64,000 nt of DNA. Source: Candidatus Eiseniibacteriota bacterium. GTDB lineage: Bacteria; Eisenbacteria; RBG-16-71-46. Below, piece by piece: positions 38,784 through 51,521 of this stretch. The stretch covers positions 2,899-66,898 of the forward strand of contig JACRPT010000004.1 in the NCBI GenBank assembly GCA_016223045.1. Reading direction: 5' to 3'. Position 1 is the stretch's first letter, and each line of letters begins with the position of its first letter. The notes under the pieces were generated by a model. The model was not told the DNA's origin. It saw only the letters and a list, made by a program, of their open reading frames with translations, and searched no databases. Both the position numbers and the translations under genes were made by a program.

Positions 38784-40076
38784 CTACCAGCGGTAGGCCA
38801 CGCTGAAGCCGGCGATGTTGACGAAGGACTTGTAGGTGCCGTTGTAGTTGTCGCGCTCCACGCCGTCGGTGCTGCGGTCCTGGACGAACAGCCCGAGCTC
38901 GTAGGCGTCCACGGTCCAGCGGTTGTCCGTGCCGAAGCTCCTGCCGAAGCCGAGCGAGACGCCGTGGCGGCCGGCATCCGGCAGCAGCGGCGTCACCGAC
39001 TCGGTCGGCGCCGCGGCCTTGTCGTAGTAGTAGCCGAACCGGTAGGTGAAGTTCGGCAGCCGGTGCTCGGCGCCGAAGCGCGCCTGCCAGCTGTCGTCGT
39101 AGTCCTCGAGCACGGTCGTGCTCTGGCTGGTGGTGGTGTGGAAGCGGATGGGGAGGTCCCTGAACAGCGACCACTCGAAGAAGTTGAAGTCGCCCTCGAG
39201 CGTCCACGCCGGGGTGGGGTGATAGGCGATGCCGGCCGACCAGATGGCCGGGAAGCGCAGCACCGTGCTCACACCCTGGTTGGGCGGCAGGTTCGCGGTC
39301 ACGACCGAATCGATGATGGTGTCGCCGGTGAAGCGCTGCGTGAAGGTCGCGGTACCGTCGTCCACCTTCACCACCACCTTGCTGCGGTAGAAGGCGCCGA
39401 GCTTCCACTTCTCGTTCGGCGCGAACGACACTGCCGCGTTCCAGCCGGCGCCGGGCGTGAAGCCCGACTTGAGATCGGTCTCGGCGACGTCCCGCGGATC
39501 GCCGCCGCCCCAGGGGAACGGGTTGTGCTTGTGGAGCTTCACCTTCGCCATCATCAGGTCGGCGCCCGCGGCCACGCTCCACCGCGGGTTGACCGCGTAC
39601 GCGGCGGACAGGTTGCCGTTCAGCGCCTGCAGCTCGCCCTTGGTGACGATGTAGCGGCCGCTGAAGGCGTCCGGGTCCTTCCACTCGATGCCGAGCCCGT
39701 AGGGCGAGTTGATGCCGGCCCCCACCGCCCACCGCTCCTTGCAGCGATGGGTCAGGTAGAGCGTGGGCGGGAAGAAGTACTGGCGCTTCATCTCCTCGGT
39801 GGTGCCGTAGCCCGAATAGGGCGACACGCCCGCGAAGCTCGTGGAGGGCGCCAGCAGGCTGCCGCCGACGTAGAGCCGGGTGCCCTCGAGGCGGGTCATC
39901 GCCGCGGGGTTGAAGAACAGGGCCGACGCGTCGTGGACCGCGGCGGTCCCGGTCCCGCCCATGCCGAGGGCGGCGGCGCCCTGCTCGTAGATGCTGTAGC
40001 CGGCCGGGTGGGCGGGAGTGGGGGAAAGCGCCGCGCAAACCACGGCGGCGGTCAGCAGGGTGCGGAATCGTCTCAT
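38784..40076 (-). CDS. fadL: Outer-membrane long-chain fatty-acid / hydrophobic-compound transporter (FadL/OmpP1/TodX family)
   Basis: Signal peptide, a FadL-like N-terminal hatch region, beta-barrel composition, and a C-terminal aromatic residue (..AYRW). Confidence 0.7.
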   Translation of the reverse strand: MRRFRTLLTAAVVCAALSPTPAHPAGYSIYEQGAAALGMGGTGTAAVHDASALFFNPAAMTRLEGTRLYVGGSLLAPSTSFAGVSPYSGYGTTEEMKRQYFFPPTLYLTHRCKERWAVGAGINSPYGLGIEWKDPDAFSGRYIVTKGELQALNGNLSAAYAVNPRWSVAAGADLMMAKVKLHKHNPFPWGGGDPRDVAETDLKSGFTPGAGWNAAVSFAPNEKWKLGAFYRSKVVVKVDDGTATFTQRFTGDTIIDSVVTANLPPNQGVSTVLRFPAIWSAGIAYHPTPAWTLEGDFNFFEWSLFRDLPIRFHTTTSQSTTVLEDYDDSWQARFGAEHRLPNFTYRFGYYYDKAAAPTESVTPLLPDAGRHGVSLGFGRSFGTDNRWTVDAYELGLFVQDRSTDGVERDNYNGTYKSFVNIAGFSVAYRW

Positions 40077-40116
40077 CGCGTGCGGACTCCTGGGGCTGCG
40101 GTGGGAGTGAAGCCCC

Positions 40117-41912
<1,796 letters not shown>

Positions 41913-42155
41913 CTCCGTCGTCCTCCCGTGCGCGGGTCTCCGCCCGGTGGGGGTCCACAGACTGGCCGCAATGCTTAGCACCCGGTCCCTTCCCCCTCAA
42001 GCGAAAACGCCCGGGCCCCGGCCGGGGCGAGCGGGCCGGTGGCCCGGACCCAGTGGCCCGTTGACAGGTGCGGGGTTGCGGGGGGAGAGTGCCGCGCGAG
42101 CCCGGCGATCGTGCCGGCTCGCGCGGCGCTCTCCGCCGCCGAGGAGGTCTCGAGC

Positions 42156-42954
42156 CATGACCATCCGACGTTTCCTGACCGCGGCCGGAGCCGCCGCGCT
42201 GGCCGCCGCCCTGCTGAGCTTCGCGACGCCGATCCCGGCGGTCGCCGCGAACGGCGCGGCCGAGCACCTCGCGGCCGGAGCGGAGAAGTACGCGCATGGC
42301 GACCTGAAGGGCGCCTACGAGGAATACTTCGAGGCCCTGAAGGCCGAGCCCGGCGACTTCACCGTGCTCCACCGGCTCTCGCGGGCCGAGTCGGAGCTGG
42401 GAGAGGATGCGAAGGGTGAGGAGCAGCGCCGGCTGGTGGGCGCCGCGGTGCAGCACGCGCGCGACGCGGTGAAGGCGGCGCCCGACAGCGCGCAGGGACA
42501 CCTGGCGCTGGCGGTGGCGCTCGGCAGGCAGGCGCTCAAGGAGGGCCCGAAGACCCGACTCTCGCTCTCGCGCGAGATCAAGTCCGAGGTGGACCGCGCG
42601 CTCGCCATCGACCCGTCGCTCGGCCGGGCCTGGCACGTGCGGGCGATCTGGAACCGCAAGCTGGCGAGCCTCAACTTCATCGAGCGTGCGGCCGCGAACA
42701 CGGTGCTGGGGGGCGTGCCGAAGGGCGCCTCGATGGACAACGCGGTGGCCGATCTCAAGAAGGCGATCGCCCTCGAGCCCGACTACGTGAACCACCACCT
42801 CGAGCTGGGCCGCACGCTCCAGATGCTCAAGCGCAAGGCCGAGGCGCGCCGCGAGCTGGAGCACGCGGTCGCGCTGCCGCCCACCAGCAGCCCGCGTGAC
42901 CCGCGCTACCAGGCCGAGGCCCGCGAGCTGCTGGCGAAGCTCGGCAAGGACTGA
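42156..42954 (+). CDS. Exported TPR-like repeat protein
   Basis: ATG followed by MTIRRFLTAAGAAALAAALLSF. Helical repeats of TPR type. Confidence 0.5.
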
Positions 42955-42964
42955 TCCGGTCGCG

Positions 42965-44248
42965 ATGGCTGCTCCGGCGGTGTGGCTGGTGGGCGGCGTG
43001 CGCACCCCGTTCGCGAAGTCGGGGACGGTGTTCCGCCGCACCCCGGTCTACGAGTTGGGGCGCGTCGCGATCGGCGAGCTGCTGGCCCGGCACGAGCTGG
43101 ACCCGGGGCGCGTGGACGAGGTCATCCTCGGCAACTGCGCGCAGCCCGCCGAAGCCGCGAACGTGGCGCGCGTCACCGCGCTGCGCGCCGGCATCCCCGA
43201 GCGCGTGCCCGGCTTCACCGTGCACCGCAACTGCGCCTCGGGGATGGAGTCGGTGGCCGATGCCGCGGACCGCGTCCAGCTCGGGCGCGCGAAGCTGGTG
43301 CTGGCGGGCGGCATGGAATCCATGAGCCAGATCCCGCTCATGTACACCTTCGAGTACGGCGAGTGGCTCGAGGGCCTGATGCGCGCGAAGACGCCGCTCG
43401 CCCGGCTCGGCGCGTTCGGGCGCTTCCGCCCGAAGCTGCTGGTGCCGCGCATCTCGCTCATGGAGGGGCTCACCGACCCGGTGGGCGGGCTCAACATGGG
43501 CGAGACCGCCGAGGTGCTGGCGCGCGAGTTCCGCATCACGCGCGAGCAGCAGGACCGGTTCGCGCTGGCGAGCCACCAGCGCACCGTCGCGGCGCGCGAG
43601 CGGCTGCGCGAGGAGATCGTGCCGCTGTTCCCGGCCCCCGGCTTCGAGATGGTGCGCGACGACGTGGGTCCGCGCGACGGGCAGACGCTGGAGGCGCTGG
43701 CCAGGCTCCGGCCCTTCTTCGACCGCCGCAACGGCACGGTCACGGTGGGCAACGCCTGCCCGGTCACGGACGGCGCGGTGGCCCTGCTGGTGGCCGACGA
43801 GGAGACCGCGCAGAGCTGGCCGGCGCCGCCGCTCGCCCGCATCCGCGCGTTCGCGTTCGCCGGACTCTCGCCGCGCCGCATGGGGCTGGGGCCGGTGTTC
43901 GGCATGGCGAAGGTGCTGGCGGGCGCAGGGCTGGCGCTCGAGGACATCGAGCTGTTCGAGATCAACGAGGCGTTCGCGGCCCAGGTGCTGGGCTGCCTGG
44001 AGGCCGCGAAGTCGGAGCCCTTCGCGCGCGCCGAGCTGGGGCGCGACCGGGCGCTCGGCGAGATCCCGCTCGAGCGGCTCAACGTGAACGGCGGTGCCAT
44101 CGCGCTCGGGCATCCGGTGGGCGCGAGCGGCGCGCGACTGCTGCTCACGCTGTCACTCGAGATGCGGCGCCGCAACGCGAAGCTCGGGCTCGCCTCGCTG
44201 TGCGTGGGCGGCGGGCAGGGCGCGGCGTTCGTGCTGGAGCGTGACTGA
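42965..44248 (+). CDS. fadA: Acetyl-CoA C-acyltransferase (thiolase)
   Basis: Active-site Cys region (VHRNCASGME) and the C-terminal NVNGGAIALGHPVGASGARL thiolase signature. Confidence 0.85.
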   Translation: MAAPAVWLVGGVRTPFAKSGTVFRRTPVYELGRVAIGELLARHELDPGRVDEVILGNCAQPAEAANVARVTALRAGIPERVPGFTVHRNCASGMESVADAADRVQLGRAKLVLAGGMESMSQIPLMYTFEYGEWLEGLMRAKTPLARLGAFGRFRPKLLVPRISLMEGLTDPVGGLNMGETAEVLAREFRITREQQDRFALASHQRTVAARERLREEIVPLFPAPGFEMVRDDVGPRDGQTLEALARLRPFFDRRNGTVTVGNACPVTDGAVALLVADEETAQSWPAPPLARIRAFAFAGLSPRRMGLGPVFGMAKVLAGAGLALEDIELFEINEAFAAQVLGCLEAAKSEPFARAELGRDRALGEIPLERLNVNGGAIALGHPVGASGARLLLTLSLEMRRRNAKLGLASLCVGGGQGAAFVLERD

Positions 44249-46443
44249 TGTCGGCGTTCTTCGTGGACGTGAAGCCGGCGGTGGACCTGGGCGCGGGCGC
44301 CCCGGTCCCGGTCGCGCACCTGGTGTTCGACGACCCCGGGCGCAAGGTCAACGTGCTGGACGAGGGCGCCATCGGCGACCTGGAGAACGCGCTCTCCGAG
44401 ATCGAGCGGCGCACCGACCTGGGCGGCGTGGTGCTGCGCAGCGGCAAGAGCGGCTCGTTCATCGCCGGCGCCGACGTCGAGGCGATCGGCGCGCTCACCG
44501 ACCGCGCCGCGGTGCATGCGCTGGTGAAGCGCGCGCACGCCGCGTTCGGCCGGCTGGCGGCGCTCCCCTGCCCGACGGTGGCCGCGATCGACGGAGTGTG
44601 CCTGGGCGGCGGCACCGAGCTGGCGCTGGCGTGCGACTCGCGCGTCGCCGCCGACGAGCCGCGCACCCAGATCGGGCTGCCCGAGGTGCTGCTGGGCATC
44701 CTCCCCGGCTTCGGCGGCACCACGCGGCTGCCGCGCCTGCTCGGCGTCTCGACCGCGCTCGACCTGGTGCTCACCGGGCGCACGCTCGACGCGCGCCGCG
44801 CCGAGAAGGCCGGCCTGGTGGCGCGCGCGGTGCCCGCCGTGTGGCTGCTGGAGCACGCCCACCGCCGGCTCGGCGAGCTGGCGCAGCGCGCAGCGGACCC
44901 GCGCGCCGCGCGGGCGCCCCGCCGGCGCGACGTGTGGCGGCCGAAGGCGCTCGCGGGCCGCGTCCTGGACGGCACGCCGTTCGGCCGCGCGCTGGTCTTC
45001 TCGCGCGCGCGCGCCATGACCAGGGCGCGCACCGGCGGCCACTACCCGGCGCCGCTCGCCGCCATCAGCGTGATGGAGCACGGCTTCGGCCAGCCGGTCG
45101 AGGCCGGGCTCAGGATGGAAGCCGAGTGGGTGAGCGATCTGGTGGTGGGCCCGGTGTGCAAGAACCTGGTGCGCATCTTCCTTCTCTCCGAGCGCGCCAA
45201 GAAGGAGCCGGTCGCCGACGCCGCGATCAAGCCGCAGCCGGTCGAGCGGCTGGCGCTGGCGGGCGCGGGCGTGATGGGCGGCGGTATCGCCGAGCTGGCG
45301 AGCCGCAGCGGCATCGAAGTGCGCATGCGGGACATCAGCGCCGAGTCGCTGTCGCGCGCGCTCCAGACCGTGCGCTCGCTGGTGGCGGAGCGCGGGAAGA
45401 AGCGCCGCGCGAAGAAGAGCGAGGCCGACAACCAGCTCGCGCGCGTCTACCCCACGCTCGACCTCGCCGGGCTCAAGCGCGCCGACTTCGCCATGGAGGC
45501 GGTGGTCGAGGACCTCGACGTGAAGCGCAAGGTGTTCGCCGAGCTCGAAGTGAGGATGCGGCCCGGCGCCGTGCTCGCCACCAACACCTCGTCGCTCTCG
45601 GTGGACACGCTGGCCGACGGGCTCGAGCGGCCCGACCGTTTCTGCGGCTTCCACTTCTTCAACCCGGTCCACCGCATGCCGCTGGTCGAGGTGGTGCGCG
45701 GCGCCAGGACCTCGGACCAGACGCTGGTGACGGCGGTCGCGCTGGCGCGGCGGCTCGGGAAGACCCCGGTGGTGGTGAAGGACGCTCCCGGGTTCGTGGT
45801 GAACCGCATCCTGATGCCCTACCTGCGGGAGGCCATGCACCTGCTCGAGGAGGGCTACCCGGTCGCCGGGGTGGACGCCTCGATGCGGCGCTTCGGCATG
45901 CCGATGGGCCCGTTCGAGGTGGTGGACGAGGTGGGGATCGACGTGGCCCACAAGGTCGCCGGGATCCTGAGCCGGGCATTCCCCGAGCGCATGAGCGAGG
46001 CGCCCGCGCTCGAGAAGCTGCTCGCCGCGGGCAGGATGGGGAAGAAGAGCGGACTCGGGTTCTACCGCCACCGCGGCGGCAAGCGCACGCCAGACCCGGC
46101 GGTCGCGGGACTGCTCGGCCAGGCGCGCTCGCGCAAGGCGCAGAGCCTCGAGGTCCTCTCCGAGCGCATGGTGCTCGCGATGATCAACGAGGCCGCGCAC
46201 TGCCTGGCCGACGGCATCGTCGCCGACGCCGGGATGCTCGATGTGGCGATGATCTTCGGCACCGGCTTCCCGCCCTTCCGCGGCGGGCTGCTGCGCTACG
46301 CCGACACGCTCGGCCTGGCGAAGGTCGAGGGCCGCCTCGCCGCGCTGCGCGCCGAGAAGGGCGAGCGCTTCAGGCCCGCCCCGCTCATCGCGAAGCTCGC
46401 CGCCGAGGGCGGCACGTTCACGCGGCCGATCGTCGCGGGCTGA
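44248..46443 (+). CDS. fadB: Fatty-acid oxidation complex alpha subunit (enoyl-CoA hydratase / 3-hydroxyacyl-CoA dehydrogenase)
   Basis: 731 aa. The N-terminal part is a crotonase domain. The NAD-binding GAGVMGGGIA motif is present. Its ATG overlaps the thiolase stop (TGATG). Confidence 0.85.
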   Translation: MSAFFVDVKPAVDLGAGAPVPVAHLVFDDPGRKVNVLDEGAIGDLENALSEIERRTDLGGVVLRSGKSGSFIAGADVEAIGALTDRAAVHALVKRAHAAFGRLAALPCPTVAAIDGVCLGGGTELALACDSRVAADEPRTQIGLPEVLLGILPGFGGTTRLPRLLGVSTALDLVLTGRTLDARRAEKAGLVARAVPAVWLLEHAHRRLGELAQRAADPRAARAPRRRDVWRPKALAGRVLDGTPFGRALVFSRARAMTRARTGGHYPAPLAAISVMEHGFGQPVEAGLRMEAEWVSDLVVGPVCKNLVRIFLLSERAKKEPVADAAIKPQPVERLALAGAGVMGGGIAELASRSGIEVRMRDISAESLSRALQTVRSLVAERGKKRRAKKSEADNQLARVYPTLDLAGLKRADFAMEAVVEDLDVKRKVFAELEVRMRPGAVLATNTSSLSVDTLADGLERPDRFCGFHFFNPVHRMPLVEVVRGARTSDQTLVTAVALARRLGKTPVVVKDAPGFVVNRILMPYLREAMHLLEEGYPVAGVDASMRRFGMPMGPFEVVDEVGIDVAHKVAGILSRAFPERMSEAPALEKLLAAGRMGKKSGLGFYRHRGGKRTPDPAVAGLLGQARSRKAQSLEVLSERMVLAMINEAAHCLADGIVADAGMLDVAMIFGTGFPPFRGGLLRYADTLGLAKVEGRLAALRAEKGERFRPAPLIAKLAAEGGTFTRPIVAG

Positions 46444-46487
46444 GGCGCGCGCGGGGCTCGACTCCGCGGTCCCGCCCGAAACAGCAA

Positions 46488-46519
46488 CGCCCGGCTCTCG
46501 GGCCGGGCGTTCTGCAGGC
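46488..46519 (+). terminator. Candidate intrinsic terminator hairpin downstream of fadB
   Basis: aacgcccggc-tctcgg-gccgggcgtt: a 10-bp stem with a 6-nt loop, about 45 nt after the stop. No U-tract. Confidence 0.4.
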
Positions 46520-46832
46520 TCTGAGCTTGCCCTCTCGGAGCCTGTTCCCCCTGTCTTGGAAGACTCGCGCGACTGGTTTGGAGAGTCGCTCGCCACGCGT
46601 TCGCATCACGTGACACTCCATTAGACGGACGAGGACCCCCGGAAGTTGCAAGGGGTCCGCAAAAGCGCTCCCCGGCGCCCGGGCGGGCGGGCGAGCGCGG
46701 CCTTCGCGGCGACCAGCGCGGCTTCCGGGCGCGGCCGCCGTCGCGGTCGTGCGGCGCTCCGCCCGGAAAGACGTGAGGCGCCCGGCGGAACCGGGCGCCT
46801 CGAGGTCTGGTGGAGGCGGTGCGTCCCGGGCG

Positions 46833-49800
46833 CTACGCCCCCGCGGGCCGCGGCGCGGGCGGGCCGAACGGCTCGATCTGCGGACCGGCGGGCTCCTTCG
46901 CCGCCGGCGCTTCGCCGGACGGCGGCTCGGGCTCGGCCGGCTTCATCGGCTCGAGCTTCTCGCCGCGCAGCACGCGGTTCATCTGGTCCCCGTCCAGCAC
47001 CTCGCGCTCGAGCAGCGTGCCCGCGAGCAGGTGCAGCTTCTCGAGGTTCTCCTTGAGCACCTTGAGCGCGTGGTTGTAGGCGCCCTCGACCAGCGAGCGG
47101 ACCTCGGAGTCGATCTTCTCGGCGGTGAGCTCGGAGTAGTCCTTGTGGGTCGCGATCTCCTTGCCGAGGAAGACCATCTCCTCCTTCTTGCCGAAGGTGA
47201 GCGGGCCGAGGTTCTCGCTCATGCCCAGCTCGCAGACCATCTTGCGCGCCAGCGCTGTGGCGCGCTCGATGTCGTTCGCCGCGCCGGTGGTGAAGTGGTT
47301 GAAGATCAGGAACTCCGCAGCGCGACCGCCCATCATCATCGCCAGCGTGCGCAGCAGGTCCTCGCGCGAGCGCGAGTAGCGCTCTTCCTGCGGCACGTAG
47401 CTGGTGATGCCGAGCGCGCGCCCGCGCGGGATGATGCTGATCTTGTCCACCGGGTCCGCGCCCGGCAGCAGCCAGGCGATGAGCGCGTGCCCCGACTCGT
47501 GGTACGCGGTCGAGCGGCGCTCGTCCTCGGACATCACCAGGCTCTTGCGCTCCATGCCCAGCATCACCTTGTCCTTGGCGTCGGCGAAGTCGACCGCGGT
47601 GACCTTCTTGCGGTTGCGCCGCGCCGCCAGCAGCGCCGCCTCGTTCACCAGGTTCGCGATGTCGGCGCCCGCCAGCCCCGGCGTCGAGCGCGCGATCTGC
47701 TTCAGGTCCACGTCCTCGGCGAGCGGGATCTTGCGGGTGTGCACCTTGAGGATGCCCTCGCGCCCGCGCACGTCGGGCCAGTCCACCACGATCTGCCGGT
47801 CGAACCGCCCGGGCCGGAGCAGCGCGGGGTCGAGCACGTCCGGCCGGTTGGTGGCCGCGATCATGATGACGCCCTCGTTCGAATCGAAGCCGTCCATCTC
47901 GACCAGCAGCTGGTTCAACGTCTGCTCGCGCTCGTCATGCCCGCCCCCGAGCCCCGCGCCGCGGTGCCGGCCGACAGCGTCGATCTCGTCCACAAAAACA
48001 ATGCAATTATGTACGATCAAGTTGTTGGCAATGAAGCAGTTATGTCTATCGAGACACAGATCGTATACGGGCTCAGACGACGGCGTGCGATTGATACTCT
48101 GGATCCTCGACCACAGGATGGCGGAGTCCGCGAGATCTCTGAGTCGCTGGAACTCCGGAGTGACGTCAATCTCCCGACTCTGGCGCCAGGATTCCATCTC
48201 TTCTACGACAGTCTGCAGGCTGCCTCGGGACGGCGAAACGAGACCTCGTTCATATGCACTCACGACGTGGCCGCGGGAGAACGCACGCTGGCCCATGCGC
48301 ATGGACTGCCTCGCGCTCCGGATGAGGCCAGCTGCCGGAACCGAGTCCAATCGCGACGATGATGTCTCGCGCTGCATGAGGAGGCATACGAGGTCATGGA
48401 GCTTCGAGAGCTTCTCGGGATGTTCGCTTCCGACCCGGCTCGAGAACCTCAGGAGCATATCCCGACCGGTTACGACGATGTTCCCCTCGCGTCCTTCGCC
48501 TACGGAGCGGGGCCGGCTGGTGACGATGCCCGCGCGGAGCAGGGCGTCGCGGATCAACTGGTTGGCCTCCTGTTTCCAGGCCGAGATGATTACCTGCGGC
48601 GCTCGCTCGCTGAATCGGACGCATCCGTCACCGTCAAAGACTCCGCGCAGCCAGGAACCGATGATAGGGGCTGGCATCTCGAGTATCCGCGACTGCAGGG
48701 TCCGGAGCGCGTCGCAGAGGAGCCGGTTGTTGATGTAGGTCGTGTAGCAGTCCTGCAGCGTCACCGGATGAGTACCCTGTGGCAGGACGATCTCGTAATG
48801 CTTCTTGTTCAGGTGCCGCTTGGGCTCGTAGTCGAACTCCGCCATGCAGATCTCGCGAACGCGCTCATGCAGGGCGAGCTGGGTATTGACGAACTGGATG
48901 GCGCGCTCTCCCATCTGTCCGAAGTACCCATCGGACGCGATCAGCCCACACAGGTACGCAAGCTCGTCATCGATCTCGAATGGGATATGGTCCAGGTAGG
49001 ACGAACCGAAACCGCCGACTCCGATGGACAGCCGCTCGATGTCACGGTGGTACTGCCCGATGTCCTGCCGGATCTCGAACAGCTTCGGCCGCCGCGTGCC
49101 GGGCCTGTGCCCCCTCAGATGAACGACCACGTCCTCGGCCGGCAACAGGTCGTAGAACAGCGGCAGTGGCGACGGCGTCGTCGGGATCACCCGCGGCACC
49201 GCCACGTATTCGCCTTCCTTCAGCTCGTCCGCCCGCACCCACTCCATGCCGTCGCCGCGCAGCACCGGGAAGAGGTGGTTCCCCGTCGCCTTGATGGCGC
49301 TCGTGGACGTCGTGACCTCGAACAGCTCGGTGGACGGCTTGCACGTGATGCCGATCACGGTCGCGTCGTCGAGACGGTAGTCCTCGGCCATGGCCGGCAC
49401 GCGCACGCCGACCATCTGGTTCTCGAACATGTCGCGGATCGCCACCTGCCGCCCGCCGCTCAGCGTGACCATCGTGTCGCCGGTCAGGCACGGCGCGTTC
49501 CGCTTCGCCTGCTCGAAGAGATCACGGACCCTGCTGTTGTGGAGGAGCACCGGCCTTTCACCGCCGAAGAACGCCTCGTTCTCGCAGCCGCACAGGTCGT
49601 ACACGAAACCGTCGAAACGCCGAACTGTGACGGACTCGATGAGGGGGTTCTCGGGCGCCGCCGACCACCCGAGCCGGACGATCTGCGTGGCATCGGCCCC
49701 GCCCGGCGGCATGCCGACGAGTCTGTCACCCTCCCTGAGCTCACGAGCGGCGACTGCCTGCATCTCGCAACCGCGGGACGTGAAGACACTGTGGTCCGGA

Positions 49801-50939
49801 GTCGTCCGGAGGACGGAACCCGCACAGCGGATCTCCACGATCTCGGTCGCGCGATGGCGGAACACTCCGCGGACAGCGCTCCACTTCCGCACACGCATGC
49901 GCGTGGCGACAGCACCTCCCTCATCAGCAGGCTCCGCCTCCTCGAACCCCAGCGTTTCCACTCCGCGCACCGGGATGACGAACCCCTCCGTATCGCCCTC
50001 GTAGTAGCGGTCCACGAACGCGCCGATCTCCACCAGCTCGGTGCGGCCGTCGTGGCGCACGAGCACGGGCGTGTCACCGGTGACGGACGCCCCCACCCCC
50101 ACGAACATCTCCACGAAGTCCGACCCGCTCATCGAGAAGAAGGGCACGGCGGCCTCGCCGGCGACGGCCTTCGCGAGCAGGGTCTTGCCCGAGCCCGGGG
50201 GCCCGAGCAGCAGCGCGCCCTTCGGGATCCGGCCGCCCAGGCGCTGGAACTTCTGCGGCTCCTTCAGGAACTCGATGATCTCCTGCAGCTCCTGCTTGGC
50301 CTCCTCGCAGCCCGCCACGTCCTTGAACGTGACCTTGGGCTGGCTCTCGAGCAGCACGCGCGCCTTGGTCTTGCCGAACTTGAGCGCCGCGCTCCCGCCC
50401 GACTGCATCTGGCGGATGAGGAACAGCCACGCGCCGAAGATGATCACGAGCGGCAGCCAGGAGAGCAGCACCGAGACCCAGTTGAAGCCCGCCGGGCGGA
50501 CGTCGATCTCGGCGTCCTTGTTCTTCTCCCAGACCTTGTCCGGCAGGTTCGCTCCGTCGCCGACGATGTTCGTCTTGAACGCCTTGAACGACACGTCCTG
50601 CCCGTTGACCCGCAGCGCCGAGGGGCCGTTCAGCTCGCCGGTGACGCCGTTCTCCATGATCTGGAGGCTCTTGATGTTCCCGTCGCGCACCTCCTTCATG
50701 AACCGCGTGTAGGAGATCTCCGCGCGCTGGGGCGCCATGATGTTCCCCTGGTACATGCGGTAGGCCACGAGCGAGAGCAGCACGATGAGCGCCCAGAACG
50801 CCAGCGTGCGGAACGGCCGGCCCGCGGGCATGGGCACCTGCGGGCGGCGCGACGGACCGCCGCGCGGCGCGCCGCGCCGGCTGTCGCGATTGCGGCTGTC
50901 GTCAGAGCCGGGCCGCGGGTCCCGACGGAACGAGCTCAC
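46833..50939 (-). CDS. ftsH: ATP-dependent zinc metalloprotease FtsH interrupted by two in-frame inteins (1,368-aa precursor)
   Basis: The ORF reads through both inteins without a stop. With the two insertions removed, the N-terminal transmembrane region, Walker A GPPGSGKT, pore loop MFVGVGA, Walker B, second region of homology, the HESGH zinc site and the C-terminal helical domain align with canonical FtsH. Confidence 0.85.
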   Translation of the reverse strand: MSSFRRDPRPGSDDSRNRDSRRGAPRGGPSRRPQVPMPAGRPFRTLAFWALIVLLSLVAYRMYQGNIMAPQRAEISYTRFMKEVRDGNIKSLQIMENGVTGELNGPSALRVNGQDVSFKAFKTNIVGDGANLPDKVWEKNKDAEIDVRPAGFNWVSVLLSWLPLVIIFGAWLFLIRQMQSGGSAALKFGKTKARVLLESQPKVTFKDVAGCEEAKQELQEIIEFLKEPQKFQRLGGRIPKGALLLGPPGSGKTLLAKAVAGEAAVPFFSMSGSDFVEMFVGVGASVTGDTPVLVRHDGRTELVEIGAFVDRYYEGDTEGFVIPVRGVETLGFEEAEPADEGGAVATRMRVRKWSAVRGVFRHRATEIVEIRCAGSVLRTTPDHSVFTSRGCEMQAVAARELREGDRLVGMPPGGADATQIVRLGWSAAPENPLIESVTVRRFDGFVYDLCGCENEAFFGGERPVLLHNSRVRDLFEQAKRNAPCLTGDTMVTLSGGRQVAIRDMFENQMVGVRVPAMAEDYRLDDATVIGITCKPSTELFEVTTSTSAIKATGNHLFPVLRGDGMEWVRADELKEGEYVAVPRVIPTTPSPLPLFYDLLPAEDVVVHLRGHRPGTRRPKLFEIRQDIGQYHRDIERLSIGVGGFGSSYLDHIPFEIDDELAYLCGLIASDGYFGQMGERAIQFVNTQLALHERVREICMAEFDYEPKRHLNKKHYEIVLPQGTHPVTLQDCYTTYINNRLLCDALRTLQSRILEMPAPIIGSWLRGVFDGDGCVRFSERAPQVIISAWKQEANQLIRDALLRAGIVTSRPRSVGEGREGNIVVTGRDMLLRFSSRVGSEHPEKLSKLHDLVCLLMQRETSSSRLDSVPAAGLIRSARQSMRMGQRAFSRGHVVSAYERGLVSPSRGSLQTVVEEMESWRQSREIDVTPEFQRLRDLADSAILWSRIQSINRTPSSEPVYDLCLDRHNCFIANNLIVHNCIVFVDEIDAVGRHRGAGLGGGHDEREQTLNQLLVEMDGFDSNEGVIMIAATNRPDVLDPALLRPGRFDRQIVVDWPDVRGREGILKVHTRKIPLAEDVDLKQIARSTPGLAGADIANLVNEAALLAARRNRKKVTAVDFADAKDKVMLGMERKSLVMSEDERRSTAYHESGHALIAWLLPGADPVDKISIIPRGRALGITSYVPQEERYSRSREDLLRTLAMMMGGRAAEFLIFNHFTTGAANDIERATALARKMVCELGMSENLGPLTFGKKEEMVFLGKEIATHKDYSELTAEKIDSEVRSLVEGAYNHALKVLKENLEKLHLLAGTLLEREVLDGDQMNRVLRGEKLEPMKPAEPEPPSGEAPAAKEPAGPQIEPFGPPAPRPAGA
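48006..49490 (-). mobile_element. Intein 2 in ftsH (495 aa; Cys1...HN, +1 Cys) with a LAGLIDADG homing-endonuclease domain, inserted between ...KRNAP and the Walker B motif (C)IVFVDEID
   Basis: Block [11 protein letters not shown], block B ATGNHLF, LAGLIDADG motif 1 [14 protein letters not shown], motif 2 [14 protein letters not shown], and block G LIVHN|C. Its GC content and codon usage are clearly lower than the host's. Confidence 0.75.
49536..50087 (-). other. Mini-intein 1 in ftsH (184 aa; Ser1...HN, +1 Ser), inserted immediately after the pore-1 loop FVGVGA
   Basis: Block [11 protein letters not shown], block B TPDHSVFT, and blocks F/G VYDLCG...VLLHN|S. No endonuclease domain. Its GC content is host-like. 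Confidence 0.7.
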
Positions 50940-50942
50940 GGA

Positions 50943-51521
50943 TCAGGCCTCCTCGAGTACGCCCACGTAGGGCAGATTGCGATAACGCTCGGCGTCGTCC
51001 ATCCCGTAGCCGATCACGAACTCGCTGCCGATCCTCCAGCCGGCGTAGTCCACCGGCACCTGGATCTTCCGGCACGGCACCTTGTCGAGCAGGGTCGCGA
51101 CTCGGAGGCTCGCGGGGCGGCGCTTGAGCATGACGTCCAGGATGAACGAGATGCTGAGCCCCGAGTCCACCACGCCCTCGCACAGCACGACGTGGCGGTT
51201 CGCGATGTCCTCGCGCAGGTCCATCAGCAGGCGCACGTTCCCGCTCGACTCCTTGCCGGCGCCGTACGACGAAACCGAGATGAAGTCCAGGTCCAGGTCG
51301 AGGGGCGTGGCGCGCGCCAGGTCGCACTGGAACATGCACGCGCCCTTGAGCACCCCGACGAACAGCGGCCGCTTGCCGTCGTAGTCGCGCGCCAGCTCGA
51401 GCCCCAGCTCGCGCACGCGCGCGGCGACCTGCTCGGCGCTGAACATCACGCGGATGGGCGGGTCTCCGTTCCGGTTCGCTTCGACGGACGCGGCGGGGGC
51501 GGCGGGATGGCTCTCAGTCAT
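50943..51521 (-). CDS. hpt: Hypoxanthine phosphoribosyltransferase
   Basis: PRTase motif (VVLCEGVVDSGLS). Sits in the conserved tilS-hpt-ftsH arrangement. Confidence 0.85.
   Translation of the reverse strand: MTESHPAAPAASVEANRNGDPPIRVMFSAEQVAARVRELGLELARDYDGKRPLFVGVLKGACMFQCDLARATPLDLDLDFISVSSYGAGKESSGNVRLLMDLREDIANRHVVLCEGVVDSGLSISFILDVMLKRRPASLRVATLLDKVPCRKIQVPVDYAGWRIGSEFVIGYGMDDAERYRNLPYVGVLEEA

Noticed and set aside
42061-42090. Sigma70 promoter for the TPR-fadA-fadB operon (TTGACA at 42061)
   Set aside because: No acceptable -10 hexamer at 17±1 bp spacing (the region is GGAGAG). Left as an unassigned motif.
43048-46596. 1,182-aa ORF on the - strand
   Set aside because: Antisense of fadA and fadB. 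The sense strand carries unmistakable thiolase and FadB signatures.
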